Shown here one piece after another: positions 37,341-49,600 of a DNA stretch of 64,000 bases (position 1 is the stretch's first letter; the number at the start of each line of letters is the position of its first letter). The stretch covers positions 10,314,184 to 10,378,183 of the forward strand of contig MU058844.1 of the NCBI GenBank assembly GCA_013265495.1, read 5' to 3'. The stretch comes from Vicugna vicugna (lineage: Eukaryota). The notes under the pieces are model-generated. The model worked only from the letters and a program-made list of their open reading frames with translations, had not been told where the DNA came from and did not search any database. The position numbers and the translations under genes were made by a program.

Positions 37341-37790
37341 AAAAGTAGAAGACCATGTATACCTGGCTAGGGAGAAGGATACATGCAGACAGATCAAATC
37401 CATTTTACCAGGAAATCAAGTATAAACAGAAAAGGATTTTCTTATATGAGACAAGCAAGTTGACAATAGGCCCATACATTTCATTAGAAAAGGGGTAGCC
37501 AGTCCTCCAACATTTCTCTACTTGCTAGAGAGAGAAAAAGCCTAAAACTCCAGGTGTAGGGAGGCAAATGTCCTAAAATCTAGGTCTCTTGCCAGCTTAA
37601 ATTAAGTCAGAAAAGCCTAACACAACTGCCTTCTCACCTTGGAGGCCCAAGCTGCCTGCGTTTCACACGGTGCATCACAAACGTCGCACAGCATGCTGTG
37701 GGGGCTGGACTACATCTAACATGGGCATCCACTTTGCTGCATGTCTTAAGTGGCTAGATATACCAGGGCTGCTAGTTACTATAACTATAA

Positions 37791-37883
37791 ACTGCATGAG
37801 GTCCTGGGTTCAGTCTTTGGTACCTCCTTTAGAAATAAATAAATAGACCTAATTACCTCCCCCCAAAAATAACTAAATAAATA
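37791..37883 (+). mobile_element. 5'-truncated tRNA-derived SINE (Vic-1-like)
   Basis: tgcatgaggtcctgggttcagtctttggtacctcctttagaaataaataaatagacctaattacctccccccaaaaataa. Confidence 0.8.
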
Positions 37884-37952
37884 AGCTCCTTTGGATTAAT
37901 AAAGATGTACTTAACCAGTTCATATATATGTTCATATATATTTAATCTATAT

Positions 37953-38138
37953 CAATATTTCTAAAGTTGTTGTCATGGGACCAGCAGTATCAGTATCACC
38001 TGGGAATTTGTTAGAAATGCAAATTCTTAGGCCACACCCCAGACCTACTGAATCAGAAACCAAAGACGGAGCCCAGCAGTCTTTTCAACAAGCCCCTCAA
38101 AAGGATTATGATGGAAGATAAAACTTGAGAACTACTAG
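37953..38138. mobile_element. MER5A-like hAT-Charlie MITE
   Basis: ccagcagtatcagtatcacctgggaatttgttagaaatgcaaattcttaggccacaccccagacctactgaatcagaaac...ttgagaactactag. Confidence 0.85.
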
Positions 38139-39039
38139 CGTGTAGGTTTCAAATCTGGATCACTTGGACTGAAATGGAAGTAACTTTAAAAAAAATTCTC
38201 AAAGACAATATTGGTGGAAAATGAAAAGAATTATCAGTGGGGAGTGAGAAACCTCTAGCTACATTGGGAGCATACTGCTGGTTCCGCTCAGCCTGAAAAA
38301 TACTAATGATAATCTTACTTTTACTCTTGAAACTATAATGGGGAAGTTCATAATCAAATGAATTAATCTGACGTAGAGCAGATACATCTCACAGGGAGAG
38401 CATCACCTTTAACGGTTCCCTACAAAAGGAATCCAACGGATTTCTACTCAAGGGGAGATAAGGTTATACTATAAAATGAGTTTATTATTAAGTGCTTATG
38501 AAGTACAAGTGGAGTCCCAGTCCACTGGAGGTATCCTACCTCTGGGTGAGACAGAAGATCACTGAGAAAACTCCACTCCTGAGACCAGAGATACAGGGTC
38601 TGGCTAAGTCTGAAGCTGAAACAGGACTATGGAAAACTCTTCCAGCTTCTCACCGCCCACCCCACACCCCCAGCCAGCATTAAATAAGTACCAGGGAACA
38701 AACAATGGAAGTATATGGTTGGGGAAGGAGCAAGTGCAGGGAGAGTGCCCCTGTGAGGCACAAACTAATAGAAAAGATTAAGGTAGAAGCAGACCATTGA
38801 GAAAAAGTCTCTAGTAGATGAATTCTCACCCTAACCACAAAGTGAGTCCATTGGAATTTAAAACCAGTCTTATAGATTATGTAAACACTGCAACAACAAG
38901 AGACAATCCTAAGTATAATGACTCAGTCCTCTAGCCTAGCAGAAGAAGTGTCATTTCCAGTAATGAATACTATTTATCTCAGTCTCTGCTATTCACATTA
39001 TGTGCAGCAAGCAATCAATAAGTACAGGATAGAGAAAAA

Positions 39040-40085
39040 GCTTTTCCAAATCAATTGTCAAGAGACAAAGCAATCAACGGAACCAGATGTAGAGGTTGCA
39101 TGAATATTGGAACTCTCTGATAGGAAATATAAAATCATGAGAACAAAGTAAAAATGAAAAATAAAAATAAATAAATCATTATGAGTAACATGTTAACCTA
39201 CCATGGAAAAAGTGGGGAACATGAATGAACAGACAAGGAAATTCAGCAGAAATGGAAACTACAAAAAAAGGTCAAATGAAAATGGTAGAATAAAAAACCA
39301 TGATAACAAAATTTAAGAATGTCTCCTGCATACACATCAGATTTGACACAGCCAAGGGAAGAGTGAAGTTGGCGAATGATAAACAGGAATTATCCAAATG
39401 AGGCTCAAAAAGGGAAAAAAAAAAGAAAAACCCAGAAACAACACAACACACAAGAGATGTGGCCTAATGTATGTGTGATTTGAGTCTCAGAAGGAGTGAG
39501 AGAATGAAACAGAAGAAATGTTTGAAGAGATAGTGTTCGAGAATTTTCCAAAAATTATGAAACACATCAAATCACAGTTGCAAAAAGCTCAGAGAATGCC
39601 AAGAAGGATTTCAAAAACAAAAAACTAGATACACTATATTCAAACTGCTGAAAGGCCAAAGTTACAGAGAAATCTTGTAGATAACCAAAGGGAGAAAAGC
39701 AAAAACAGCGGAGTGACGTCTTTAAAGTACTAAAAGAAAAAAGAACTGATGGCTCTGAATTCTAGTCCCAGCAAAACTATCTTTTAAAAATGAAGGAAAG
39801 ATGCTTTTTCAGACAAAGACTGGGGAAATCCAGTAGCAGATTGACACTACAAAAAAAAAATGTTAAAGGAAGTCCTAGAGGCAGAAGCAATAGGATATCA
39901 AGACTAATTTGGATCTCCACAAAGAAACGAAGATTCCAGGAAGTAGTTAGAATGTAGGTTTTATATAAAGGACATTTTTCTTATACTTAATACCTCTTAA
40001 AATAATCGACTAAATCAAAAATAAAGACAATATATTGATGGTTTATAACATATGTAAAAGTAAAACATATGACAGTGGTACAAAA
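39040..40085 (+). mobile_element. Degraded L1/HAL1 ORF1-region fragment
   Basis: gagtctcagaaggagtgagagaatgaaacagaagaaatgtttgaagagatagt...gaattttccaaaaattatgaa, typical of ORF1; may extend 5' to ~38400. Confidence 0.7.
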
Positions 40086-40344
40086 GGTGATGTCCCTCCT
40101 CACTCTCGAGCCCTAGCAGCAGTAGAAACATTTCAGAATTGCCTTTTGCAATATGATTTTTCCAAAGATTCAGTTTCCTTTAAGGTCCAAGTATCTTGCC
40201 ACTTGAAATCAAAACCTTTTCTACAAGATCTCACAGGGATTTATTCAGCTGGTTAATATGATTGGAAAAAAAGTCTTCTAAGTAGGCCCATTCCTGCAAC
40301 CCTTCATTTCAAAGCACTGGACAAACTCTAGACTGTAATTACAT

Positions 40345-41895
40345 TATCTCTCTTGTCTCTTTTTGGATTCCAACTGCATGCAAGTTAGGCTGCTTGACGT
40401 TATCCAACAACCTACTAAGTCTTTGTCGATTATTCTCCATCCTTTTCCTCTTTGATCTTCAGATTGGGTATTTTCTGTTGATCTTTCTTCCAATTCACTG
40501 ACCCTTTTGCCATCTCCAATCTGGCTTCAGGCCCATCTAGAGAATTTTTCATTTTAGATATTATACTTTTCAGTTCTAGAATTTCATTTTAGTTCTTTTT
40601 TTAAAATAGCTTTAATCTTTCTCCTGAAATTCCTCTATCTGTTCACTCACTGTGACTATCTTTTCCTGTAAGCTTTTGAAAACATTTATAATAACTGTTT
40701 AAAGTCCTTGTCTGCTACTTCTAACATAGGGGTCATGTCAGGGTCTGTTTCTATTGACTACTTTTTCTCTTGATGATGGTCATATTTTCCTGTGTCTTTA
40801 CATGTTTAATATTTTTTATTCTAGACATTGTAGATGATACGTGAGTTCATCTTCCTCTGAAGAGTTCTGATTTGCAGGGAGCTGAGTTCTGGCTGATGAC
40901 TTTGAATTTGTATGTAAGTTTACTTTTTATATTTTTACGATGCATCTATTTCAATTTTAAACTTAATCTTAGAGCAAATCTTTATTCCTAGCAAATAGTC
41001 TTTACTTCAGAGGTGTGGACCCTGTTGAGTTTCAGTTGAAAGGTTGAAGTGTTTACCACGCACCTCAGGCTTGGTAGGTGCTATGAATGTTTGTGCCCAC
41101 CCTGCCCCCAAATTCACGTGTTGAAATCCCAAACTCAATGTTACGGTGTTAGGTCAAGAAGTGGGGCCTTTGGGAGGTGATTAGTATGAGGACTGAGCTC
41201 TCATGAATGGGATTAGTGCTTTAAGAAAAGGGATCCCGCACAGCTCCCTGGCCTCTTATGCCATGTGAGGGTACAGTGAGAAGCCTGTAACCTGGAAAAG
41301 GGCCCTCACTCAACCATGCTGAGAAATTTCCACTGCTGATAAGCCACCTAGCCTGTGATATTGTGTTATGGTAGCCCAAGCAGACTAAGAGTAGGATTGA
41401 AACTCTAAACTCTGTCTCTTCTATACTGGGCAACAACAGAAATCTCTACTCAGCATCTTCTAACTGTTGCTTTCCTGGGCTTTTATGAGATCGTGTGTGT
41501 GTAAATCAAAGGTCATCCAAAAATTTGAAGAAAATTTGTGCACAGATTTCAGAACTCCCATCTCTATGGTTCTCATTTCCAAAATTTCCCCCCTTAATTT
41601 CCAGATGTTCTGGCAACCCCAAACTCTGTCCTCTGATGCCTCATGCCAATAAGACTTCAGCTTAACTTCTAGCTTCCCTTTACTGCACTCACTGGGGAAT
41701 ACTCTCAGGTGTAAATTTGTTTAAACATGGATCTCACCAAGTGTGATTTTTCTTTTTCTCAGGATTGAGTCCTCCCCAGTTTGTGCCTGCTTTTGGTCAC
41801 TCCAGTTATTTTGTGTTCCAAATGTTCCAAAGTCCATAACTGTTATCTGTAGGAAGGCTTAGTCCAATTTAACATACTCTGCCATTACTAGAAAC
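40345..41895 (-). mobile_element. Degraded L1 5'/ORF1 fragment, antisense, interrupted by a MaLR LTR
   Basis: cttcagattgggtattttctgttgatctttcttccaattcactgacc...gcccatctagagaatttttcattttagatattatacttttcagttctagaatttc. Confidence 0.65.
41079..41390 (+). mobile_element. Solo ERVL-MaLR LTR (MLT1A-like) with 5-bp TSD
   Basis: tgctatgaatgtttgtgccc...ggggcctttgggaggtgattag...atggtagcccaagcagactaaga; TSD gtagg at 41074-41078 and 41391-41395. Confidence 0.88.
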
Positions 41896-43234
41896 AAAAC
41901 CTTTGTATTAATTTTATAATTTGAAAACTAGCTTTAAAAAAGGCTGGAACAAATGGGCCCAAATACAGCATTTTGTGTTAGGGGGTAGCTTGATAGATAA
42001 TAGTTTTTCCTCTGTTTTCCAAATTTTCTGTAATATCTTTTTAAATTAAACTTCTTTTTATAGAATTTTCATGAAGTGAGAGATATCCAAGATAGTAGGT
42101 AATATATAAACTAAAGTAAAAGGTATGTTTACGTGAAGAACATGAGTCACCCTTGGATCAGCTGTTGGGTAGGGACAGATTGGTTTTGCAAGGGTGGAGC
42201 AGTGTTGGAGAAGCATAAAGAAACAAGGAAACTCTACCATAGTCAAAGGCAGTTAGCCTCAACTCATTGCTAAATGCCTGAGTTATTATAAACCTGTTGG
42301 ATTACCTTATGTAGTAGAAGAATAACTGAACCGAAACTGCCATAGAGAACTTTGAAAATTTTACTTAAAATGTCCAACTCAATATTTCTTAAAATAATAA
42401 AGTATACATATCCAACTAATGTGTATGTATTTGGATGCAAATCAGCAAGGGATGTGGAAAAGGGAAAACAAGGAACTTGTAGAGCGATGACATTTGGGGA
42501 TGATTTCTAAGACAGTAAAACTCCATTTTTCCCCCAGGGACACACTTAATGAGTGACTTTCACATTCCCAGGGAATTCTTAGGTGGTGGCCTCTGGTATA
42601 GATAAGACACACTGGAGATTATGGGAAATTTCCCTTTGGCCTGCAGTAAGATGCTGCCCTGCCTTTTTCTCTCCCACTGCGGGTAGTATATTAGAATTCA
42701 AGTAAATGAGAATATTATGATTGGGAAAACTCTGATTCTGCTCTAACTTATTAATTATAAAACATTCATTCATTTAATAGACATTTGCTGAATGCCTGCC
42801 ATATACAACATATCAATTCTTTTTGAATTGTATTTGTATTATTGAAAATTATTGGTTATACAATTTATGACTGGTTTAGATAAGATACCCATGGAAGGCA
42901 ACAGAGAGATTGAGAGAATCCCTGTTTTAAATAATTCAGATTGTTATAAAGTTACATGTATAGATTTTTAATAACCTAAGATATGTCAGGCTTCAGTCAA
43001 TACTCAGTTTCTTAAAAGTCTTGACTAACTTCTCAATAGTGAGGATAAACAAACTGGAAGCCAGAAAGGTAGAGCAAAGCAAAGATCCAGAACTGTTGTC
43101 TTGCCTTTGTTCACCGTGTTTCATGTCTGCCCAGGTCCTTTTCCCTACTTTAAATAGTATCACATGTGCATCACTTTCTCTCAGCTCTCAGGACTAACCT
43201 TCCCACGTGGTTTACCCTCTATACTTTTATCACC

Positions 43235-43355
43235 TAATGTTTTCTCTTATAATGTAACCTCCACAAGGGCAGGAACTTTGTTTTATTCACTGCTGTATTG
43301 GCACACCTTGTATCTGGCACATAGTCGGTGCTCAATAAATATTTGTTATTGAATT
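43235..43355 (+). mobile_element. L2 3' end
   Basis: aatgtaacctccacaagggcagg...tggcacatagtcggtgctcaataaatatttgttattgaat. Confidence 0.75.
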
Positions 43356-44349
43356 ACTTGTTTCTGGACATTTTACTCTCTCCCCATCATTCTCAAGATA
43401 AAGTCCAAATTCCTCATGCTTGTCTTTGAGGGCCTCAAACCTGATCTCTGCCTCCTCTCCCACTTTGACAGTCCAGGCAGTCCTATCTTATCCTAGTCCC
43501 TCAAACACCAGTTCTCCTGATTAGAAGGTCCATTCCCTCTCTGTCTGTCCAGGCACATCCCAACCACCTTTCCACATTCTGCTTGCATCTCATCTGCTCC
43601 TTGAAGACTTGTATTACCTTCAGCCCAGACTCTCCCCTCATTTCTCTCCTCTTCTCTAAGATTCTTCTGTAGGAGCTTTTTCACTCAGTTCTGTAACCAC
43701 TGATCTTCTTCCTGTAAGGACCTCACATTCTTATTTAAGTGCTTCAAATGTCCATATCTTTTCTCCCCACTGGAATGTCAGTCACTGGAGGAGAGAGAGT
43801 TAAGGCGCCGGCCATATCAGACTGCCTTGATTTTTGGCACATTCTGTTTGCTCACTCTGAGATACTTTGTCGTTCCCCTTTTACTTGGCTAACTCGCCCC
43901 TCAGGTCTCAGCATGAACATCCTTTCCTCTAATAAGAGTAGACAAGAGTATCTGCTCTTGTCCCATATACAGAAGGCTCCTCATGCTTCCCTATACCTCT
44001 CCTTACTTGCCTCTAAACTCTGTGAGAATAAACCTGTCTTGTTCATTGCTCTATTCCCAGCACCTAGCCTGGCATCTGGCAATAAGAAGTGCCCTTTGTT
44101 GACTTAAAGAATCACCCACTGATTTGGGGCTTTTTTCTCCCTCGTGCATATAATAACATATTAACTACATGCTACATATTGAATGTATTCCTATTTAATG
44201 AAGGAGGAGATGATAAGAGTTTATGGAGGGTCCACATGTAAGCCCAGAGACGAAAGAAGTATGACTAGTGAGACAGTGTCCTGCAGAATAACCGGACACA
44301 GTATTCAACGCCCTCCACCAATTGCCCCCTTGCTCTCTCCTTTCCTTCC

Positions 44350-44850
44350 CCAAGTAATGTATTGGAACCTACTACGTATGAGGCACAGGAGACACAATGG
44401 TGCCCATCCTCAGTGAATTAACTTACAGCTTAGTGGGGGGGATAGAATATTAACAAATAAACAAAGGATGTAATATTGAGCATCAATAAGTGCTATTCAA
44501 AAAAGTGAAAATTGAGTGGATAGTAACTGGGTATGGGGTGACTGTTCCAGAAGAGAAGGCATCTCTGAGGAGGAGAGACCTGAGGGAGGGGACAGATGGG
44601 ACTATGTGCACATCTGACAGGACAGTGGTGTTAGCAGAGGGAACTGCCATTTCTGAACCAGAAACAGATGTAGCGTGGTGAGGAAGAGAAGGGAGCCAGT
44701 GAGCTGGAGCAGGATAGCCAAGGTGACAGGTGGTAAGAAATGAGGTGAGACGGTGAAGGGGGCAAGAAACAAAGGGCCACATGAACCAGAGTAAGGCCCC
44801 GGGATGGTATTCCGAATGTGATGGGAAGACTTCAAGCACAGGAATGATAC
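44350..44850 (-). mobile_element. L2 LINE fragment
   Basis: gtattggaacctactacgtatg...agagaaggcatctctgaggagg...gatgggaagacttcaagcacaggaatga; explains several overlapping ORFs here. Confidence 0.7.
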
Positions 44851-47800
44851 ATACATCTTCTTTTCTTTCACCATTGACTGAACAGACTGAAGAGACGTTT
44901 GGTTATCTTCATTTCTTTCACCATATGTCAAGCACTGTGCCAGGCCTACTTCTTCGATCCCACTGTGATTTGTCTCCTTACCCCCGTCCACGCGAGCATA
45001 GTTGCACTCAGAACAGGTCTGAGATTTTCCAAGCCTTTGCCCACCACCCACTTTGTTTCCAAGGCAGCTGTCAAGATTCAGCTGAAGTAGCACCTTTCTC
45101 AAGAAGCCTGGTTTTCTCTGGGTTCTCACGGCACTCCTTTCTGCCTCTGCCACAGTAGTTATAATCGGCCCTGAGTCCATCAGTTCCTCCCAGCAGACCA
45201 TAAACTGGCAGCATGTCTTATTTTTTCAAGGCCCCGAAATGAGTCATTTCTTCCTTTTACACTAGTACAAATTGAATCCATTTTAGAGGCTATTTTAAGC
45301 ATGAAAGAACAATGTGTCTGATATGCTAGAATGTAAGACTAGTTCAGTGACAAAGAAAAAAAGATATTCATTGAATCTAATAAAAATGTTATAGTAATAT
45401 CTACCTTTAATGAAGCATTTTGTCAATGATGAAATTTACTAAGTTACTGTTCTTCTTGCCGGGCCAGAGAATCATCGGCCAGATAGGCTAGGATGTCACC
45501 GAGGCATGAGCGGAAGGAAGAGTCAGAGCAGAGAGCCGGGGCTGGTAACTTCTGATCCCAGATGTGAAAGGCCCTCTCCATCCCCACACCTTCAGAGCCT
45601 CCTCTTCCAGCCAGTGGTGGTAACTGTGCAGGTCACCCCATCTTTCCTTTCCATCTGGACCTGGGGACCAGAGCACCATTTGGAAGCCCCCATCCTCACT
45701 CACATAAATACCTCTTCCCCTGAGACAGAAAGAGAGAGATGAGGCTAAGAGGTGAGCTGCAGCTACACTAAAGACAAATTCAACAACCCTCAGAATGAAG
45801 AAATGCACGTGTAGGTGTTTCTCCTGCAGCCCTGGCTAGCTACGTGCAGAAGGAACCCCGGCAAATCCAAACCTTCACGTATTGTCAGACACACCCGAGA
45901 CTGAGCGAACCAAGGAATGATTGAATAACTAACTAAGTAAAATAGTATTTGATGTAAATAAAGAGAGAATAATATGAATTTGAAAAAGCAAAGAATTACA
46001 TTGAGGGGCTTTAATTTTTTAAATAATCTAGTGGGAAAAAATAAGGAGACAAAATACATTTCATGGCTTAATAACAGAAATGTTAAGCAAGATTCCAAAT
46101 GGCAAAGCTATATAAATAGGCATACTTACTAAAGTGCTACTTCTTACGTAAGATTAGTACTCAGAGTTTCAAAAATTATAATTTTACTTTATTGCCAGAT
46201 TTTTTTAAAAGGGCTAAACTTGCCCTTTACAAATATGTGAATCTTTTTTTTTCTTTTGTTAAGTTCATCAGTAAACTACTGAGTTAAAAGTGGATATGTC
46301 TATAGGCACAACTAATTAATGTGAGAGTGCATGAGTTTTAAACTGTTGTTGAAGATCCTTTACATAGACACTGCATCTCAACAGTGACATTTTACCAGTT
46401 AAAGCATGTTTATGTTCTGGATTTTAGACAGGAATAACAGAACAGGTAGTGAGTCCTGAATAGAATTCTTAAAAGTTGTATTCTCTATTCATTTATACAT
46501 CTTTGCAAATGTTAATAGGAGTCAAGAGTATTTTCTCAAATCTTGGTACAAAAATCTCATTAGATGCCACCAGCTTTTCACATTTGGGCTGATACTGATC
46601 CTCAAAATAGAAATGCTCTTTTTGTACCCTCCATATTTATTATTCCCTTATTCTTTAAAAAGTTCCATGTTTAGTTTCTAAACTAAAAAATTTGCAACCT
46701 CAAGTTAAAATGGAACAAGTGAGTTTCGCTATCTTGTAATTATTAGAAGAGTTTAAAATATGTATCCCTAGGCATAAAATCTACTTGTTATAATTATGTG
46801 TAATAATAGATTCTTAGGGCATTAAGAGTTTTATGTGAGACTTATTAAAAACAGCTCGTGACTTCTTTGCCAGTGCAAGCCTGTGCTGCCAGTGAAACCA
46901 AAAGACCATGGGAAGGAACTTTGAATGCGTTGCTGATGGCTTTACTAAATACTGCCTGGTATGTTCAGTCTTAAAGGAAAGAGAAATTAACACTTCTTAA
47001 TCACCCACTGTGTTCCAAGCATTGAGAAGCACCTTACGCATATATATACACATATAATATCACATGTATAGCACATACATATAATCACATGCGTATCAGA
47101 TGTGTATATCTACATATATATGATTTAGTCATCTCAACAAACATAAGAGGCAGTATGATTCCCACTTTACAGAAGAAGAAACTGAAGTCATGAGCTCAGG
47201 GCATAAGCCGTGAAGTCAGGATCTGAACAATACCCAACCCAACGTCCGTTCTATTTCATGTGACTTCAGGAAGTCAGCACAAAAGGCTTCAGGTACTTTT
47301 CCTCAAAATCTGCTTTGTTCCCACCTGTCTTCAGCATTGAGTCTGAACTGTTTTAACTGGAAAGATCCAGTAGAGTTCAGATTTTTTTTTTAAAGGAGGA
47401 AATAGCTTCAGTTAGTCAGTGGGTAACTTACACAAAGAACTTAAAATTGCCTGACGTGACCAATGAGGGCTACCCATAAACTTCACCTCTGATCCAAGCC
47501 CTTCGAGATGGGCTACATTTGCATCATGTTTTCATAATAAATCTTTTCTGAATTGGCATTGTGAAAATATGCCTTCACTCAATAGTTAAAAATATTCAAT
47601 TAAAATAAATCTGGAACAGCAGAAAGCAAAATTTTGCACCGGTTGATATGTTTAAATGGACACTTAAATTTGTTTTCCAGATTTCTCCTGTTAGTTAAAC
47701 TTTTTCAGCACTGTCTCAGATCTCTTTTCCTTTTGCCATGGTGGTACCTCACCTCTGTTTCTAAAACCTTTTTCTCTTCTCTTTCTGTCACTGGTTCCAT

Positions 47801-48747
47801 TTCTCGCAATGGCTGCTTTTGTATCCTGCTATTCTTGGATTTATTCAGGTTCCCGCCACAGACTTACTAACAACTTCCCTTTTCCTTGTCAACCAAATAT
47901 CTTCTGTGTAGTTGAGTACTTAGTCATCATTGTCATAATTGTTCCAAAAATAGCTTTGGTAAGTGGGCCAACCCAGAAGACAAGCAATTTTTAAAGTTAA
48001 TAACACCTTTAGCAAACAAATTATTTTATGATTCACTCCTTTCATGACCCCTCATAAAAGAAAGAAAATTGTTATATGGTGAGAATATAGAAGTAATTAA
48101 GTGTTTTAAGTGTTCAGTAGTTGTTGGGATGGGTTTGGTCTGCTCAGATAATTGCTTTGATGTTAGGAGAAAGGTTGTATCTGTTAAAGTTTTCACTTAA
48201 AAATACACGTTCATTGGAAAACTTCAGAGTTAAAGCCCTTCTAATGATTAAATTGTGCACTTAATTCTAATTGCAGCCCTTATGACATTAGTCTTTAACA
48301 TGGTCACAAGCTTTTTTTACACAGAACAATACTTGATTTAGGAGAAGGGTTAAATTCCAGATTTTGTAAAAAAGAATATGTTAGTGCTTTTAAGTCCCTA
48401 CTGTAACTTCACTGTTAGCTTTACAGGAATCCTAAAGATCTGTACTAAGTAAGGATTCACCACTCCGATTGAAAAACTGGTTGCAGTTAACAGGTAATTG
48501 GGGCCTGAAAAGAATTCATCTAAGTAATTTGCTCTGTCAATGAGAAAAATTTTAATTAGCAGAGATAAAATTTATAGCTAAACCAAAAATGAGCCTCTTC
48601 CTTTTTATTGAGAAAAGCATTTTCACCTAAAAGAGATAAAGTGACTCAAGTAGTTGGCAATGACTTTTAGTATATTAATTGAAATAGCATTAACAAATAT
48701 AGGGGTTTAAAATGTCTTCTAAAGTCCTGCTATTAGCATCTGTCACT

Positions 48748-48767
48748 TGGACCACTAGGTGGCACCA
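48748..48767 (+). promoter_or_regulatory. CTCF binding motif
   Basis: tggaCCACTAGGTGGCACca fits the CCASYAGRKGGCRS core; lies in apparently unique sequence. Confidence 0.7.
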
Positions 48768-49600
48768 ACAAGCTTTTTCCAAATATGTACACTAAACAAT
48801 GTGTAAGACACTCCTTGAATTCCATTCACCTATAAACGATACCCAGTATCACCATTATCAACATGTCAACAAATTCAACCCATATGTTGAGGAAGACTGT
48901 ATAAAGTTATGGTTCTGGACAACAATAAATGCTGTTACTTTGGCAGATTTACTACCTGCTTAAGCTATTTGCATTGGTGACAAAAATGTTGAGAAAGCAA
49001 TCAAAATACACGGCACCATGACTCAATGAAAGAACAAAAAACACTGGACTGAGAGTCGATAGCCCTAGTTCTGCTCCCAGCCTCACCACCAGTTATCTTA
49101 GTGTCTTGAGTAAGTCTCTAAAGCTCTCTGGTTACCACTCTCCTAGTCAGTAAAGTCAAAGATTGGGATTGGAAGAACTGATTTCAAAAATGCCTTGAGT
49201 AAGAAACATTTTTCTCATATAAACCCCTCAGAATTCTAATATGGAAAGCAAATGAAAGCAAGGCTGAGTGGGGAGGGGAGCGGAGGTGGAATGACAGAAA
49301 GAGAAGGAGGTATGCTTCCCATCACTCTGCCCTGTGTCCAACCATGGTCTCTGTGGTCCAGGAAAAACTAATTTGGAGAACAATGACATAGGAGATTACT
49401 AAGGTCCCTTCTGTTCCAGAAGTCTGATTCCAAGTGTATAGCTATGTGAAAATTCTTAAAATTTCCTCTTCCTTTGTCCATTCCTAGGATATAGTGCATA
49501 TATTATTTCCTCCATTTTACAGATGAATAAACTGAGGCTGAGCAATGTCTTACTAAAAATCCCCTAGGCATAGGATCAGAGTCCAAGACTCCTGGTCTTT

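Noticed and set aside
44483..45201. Cluster of long overlapping ORFs (up to 199 aa)
   Set aside because: They overlie L2 remnants with higher GC; no domain or splice structure recognised.
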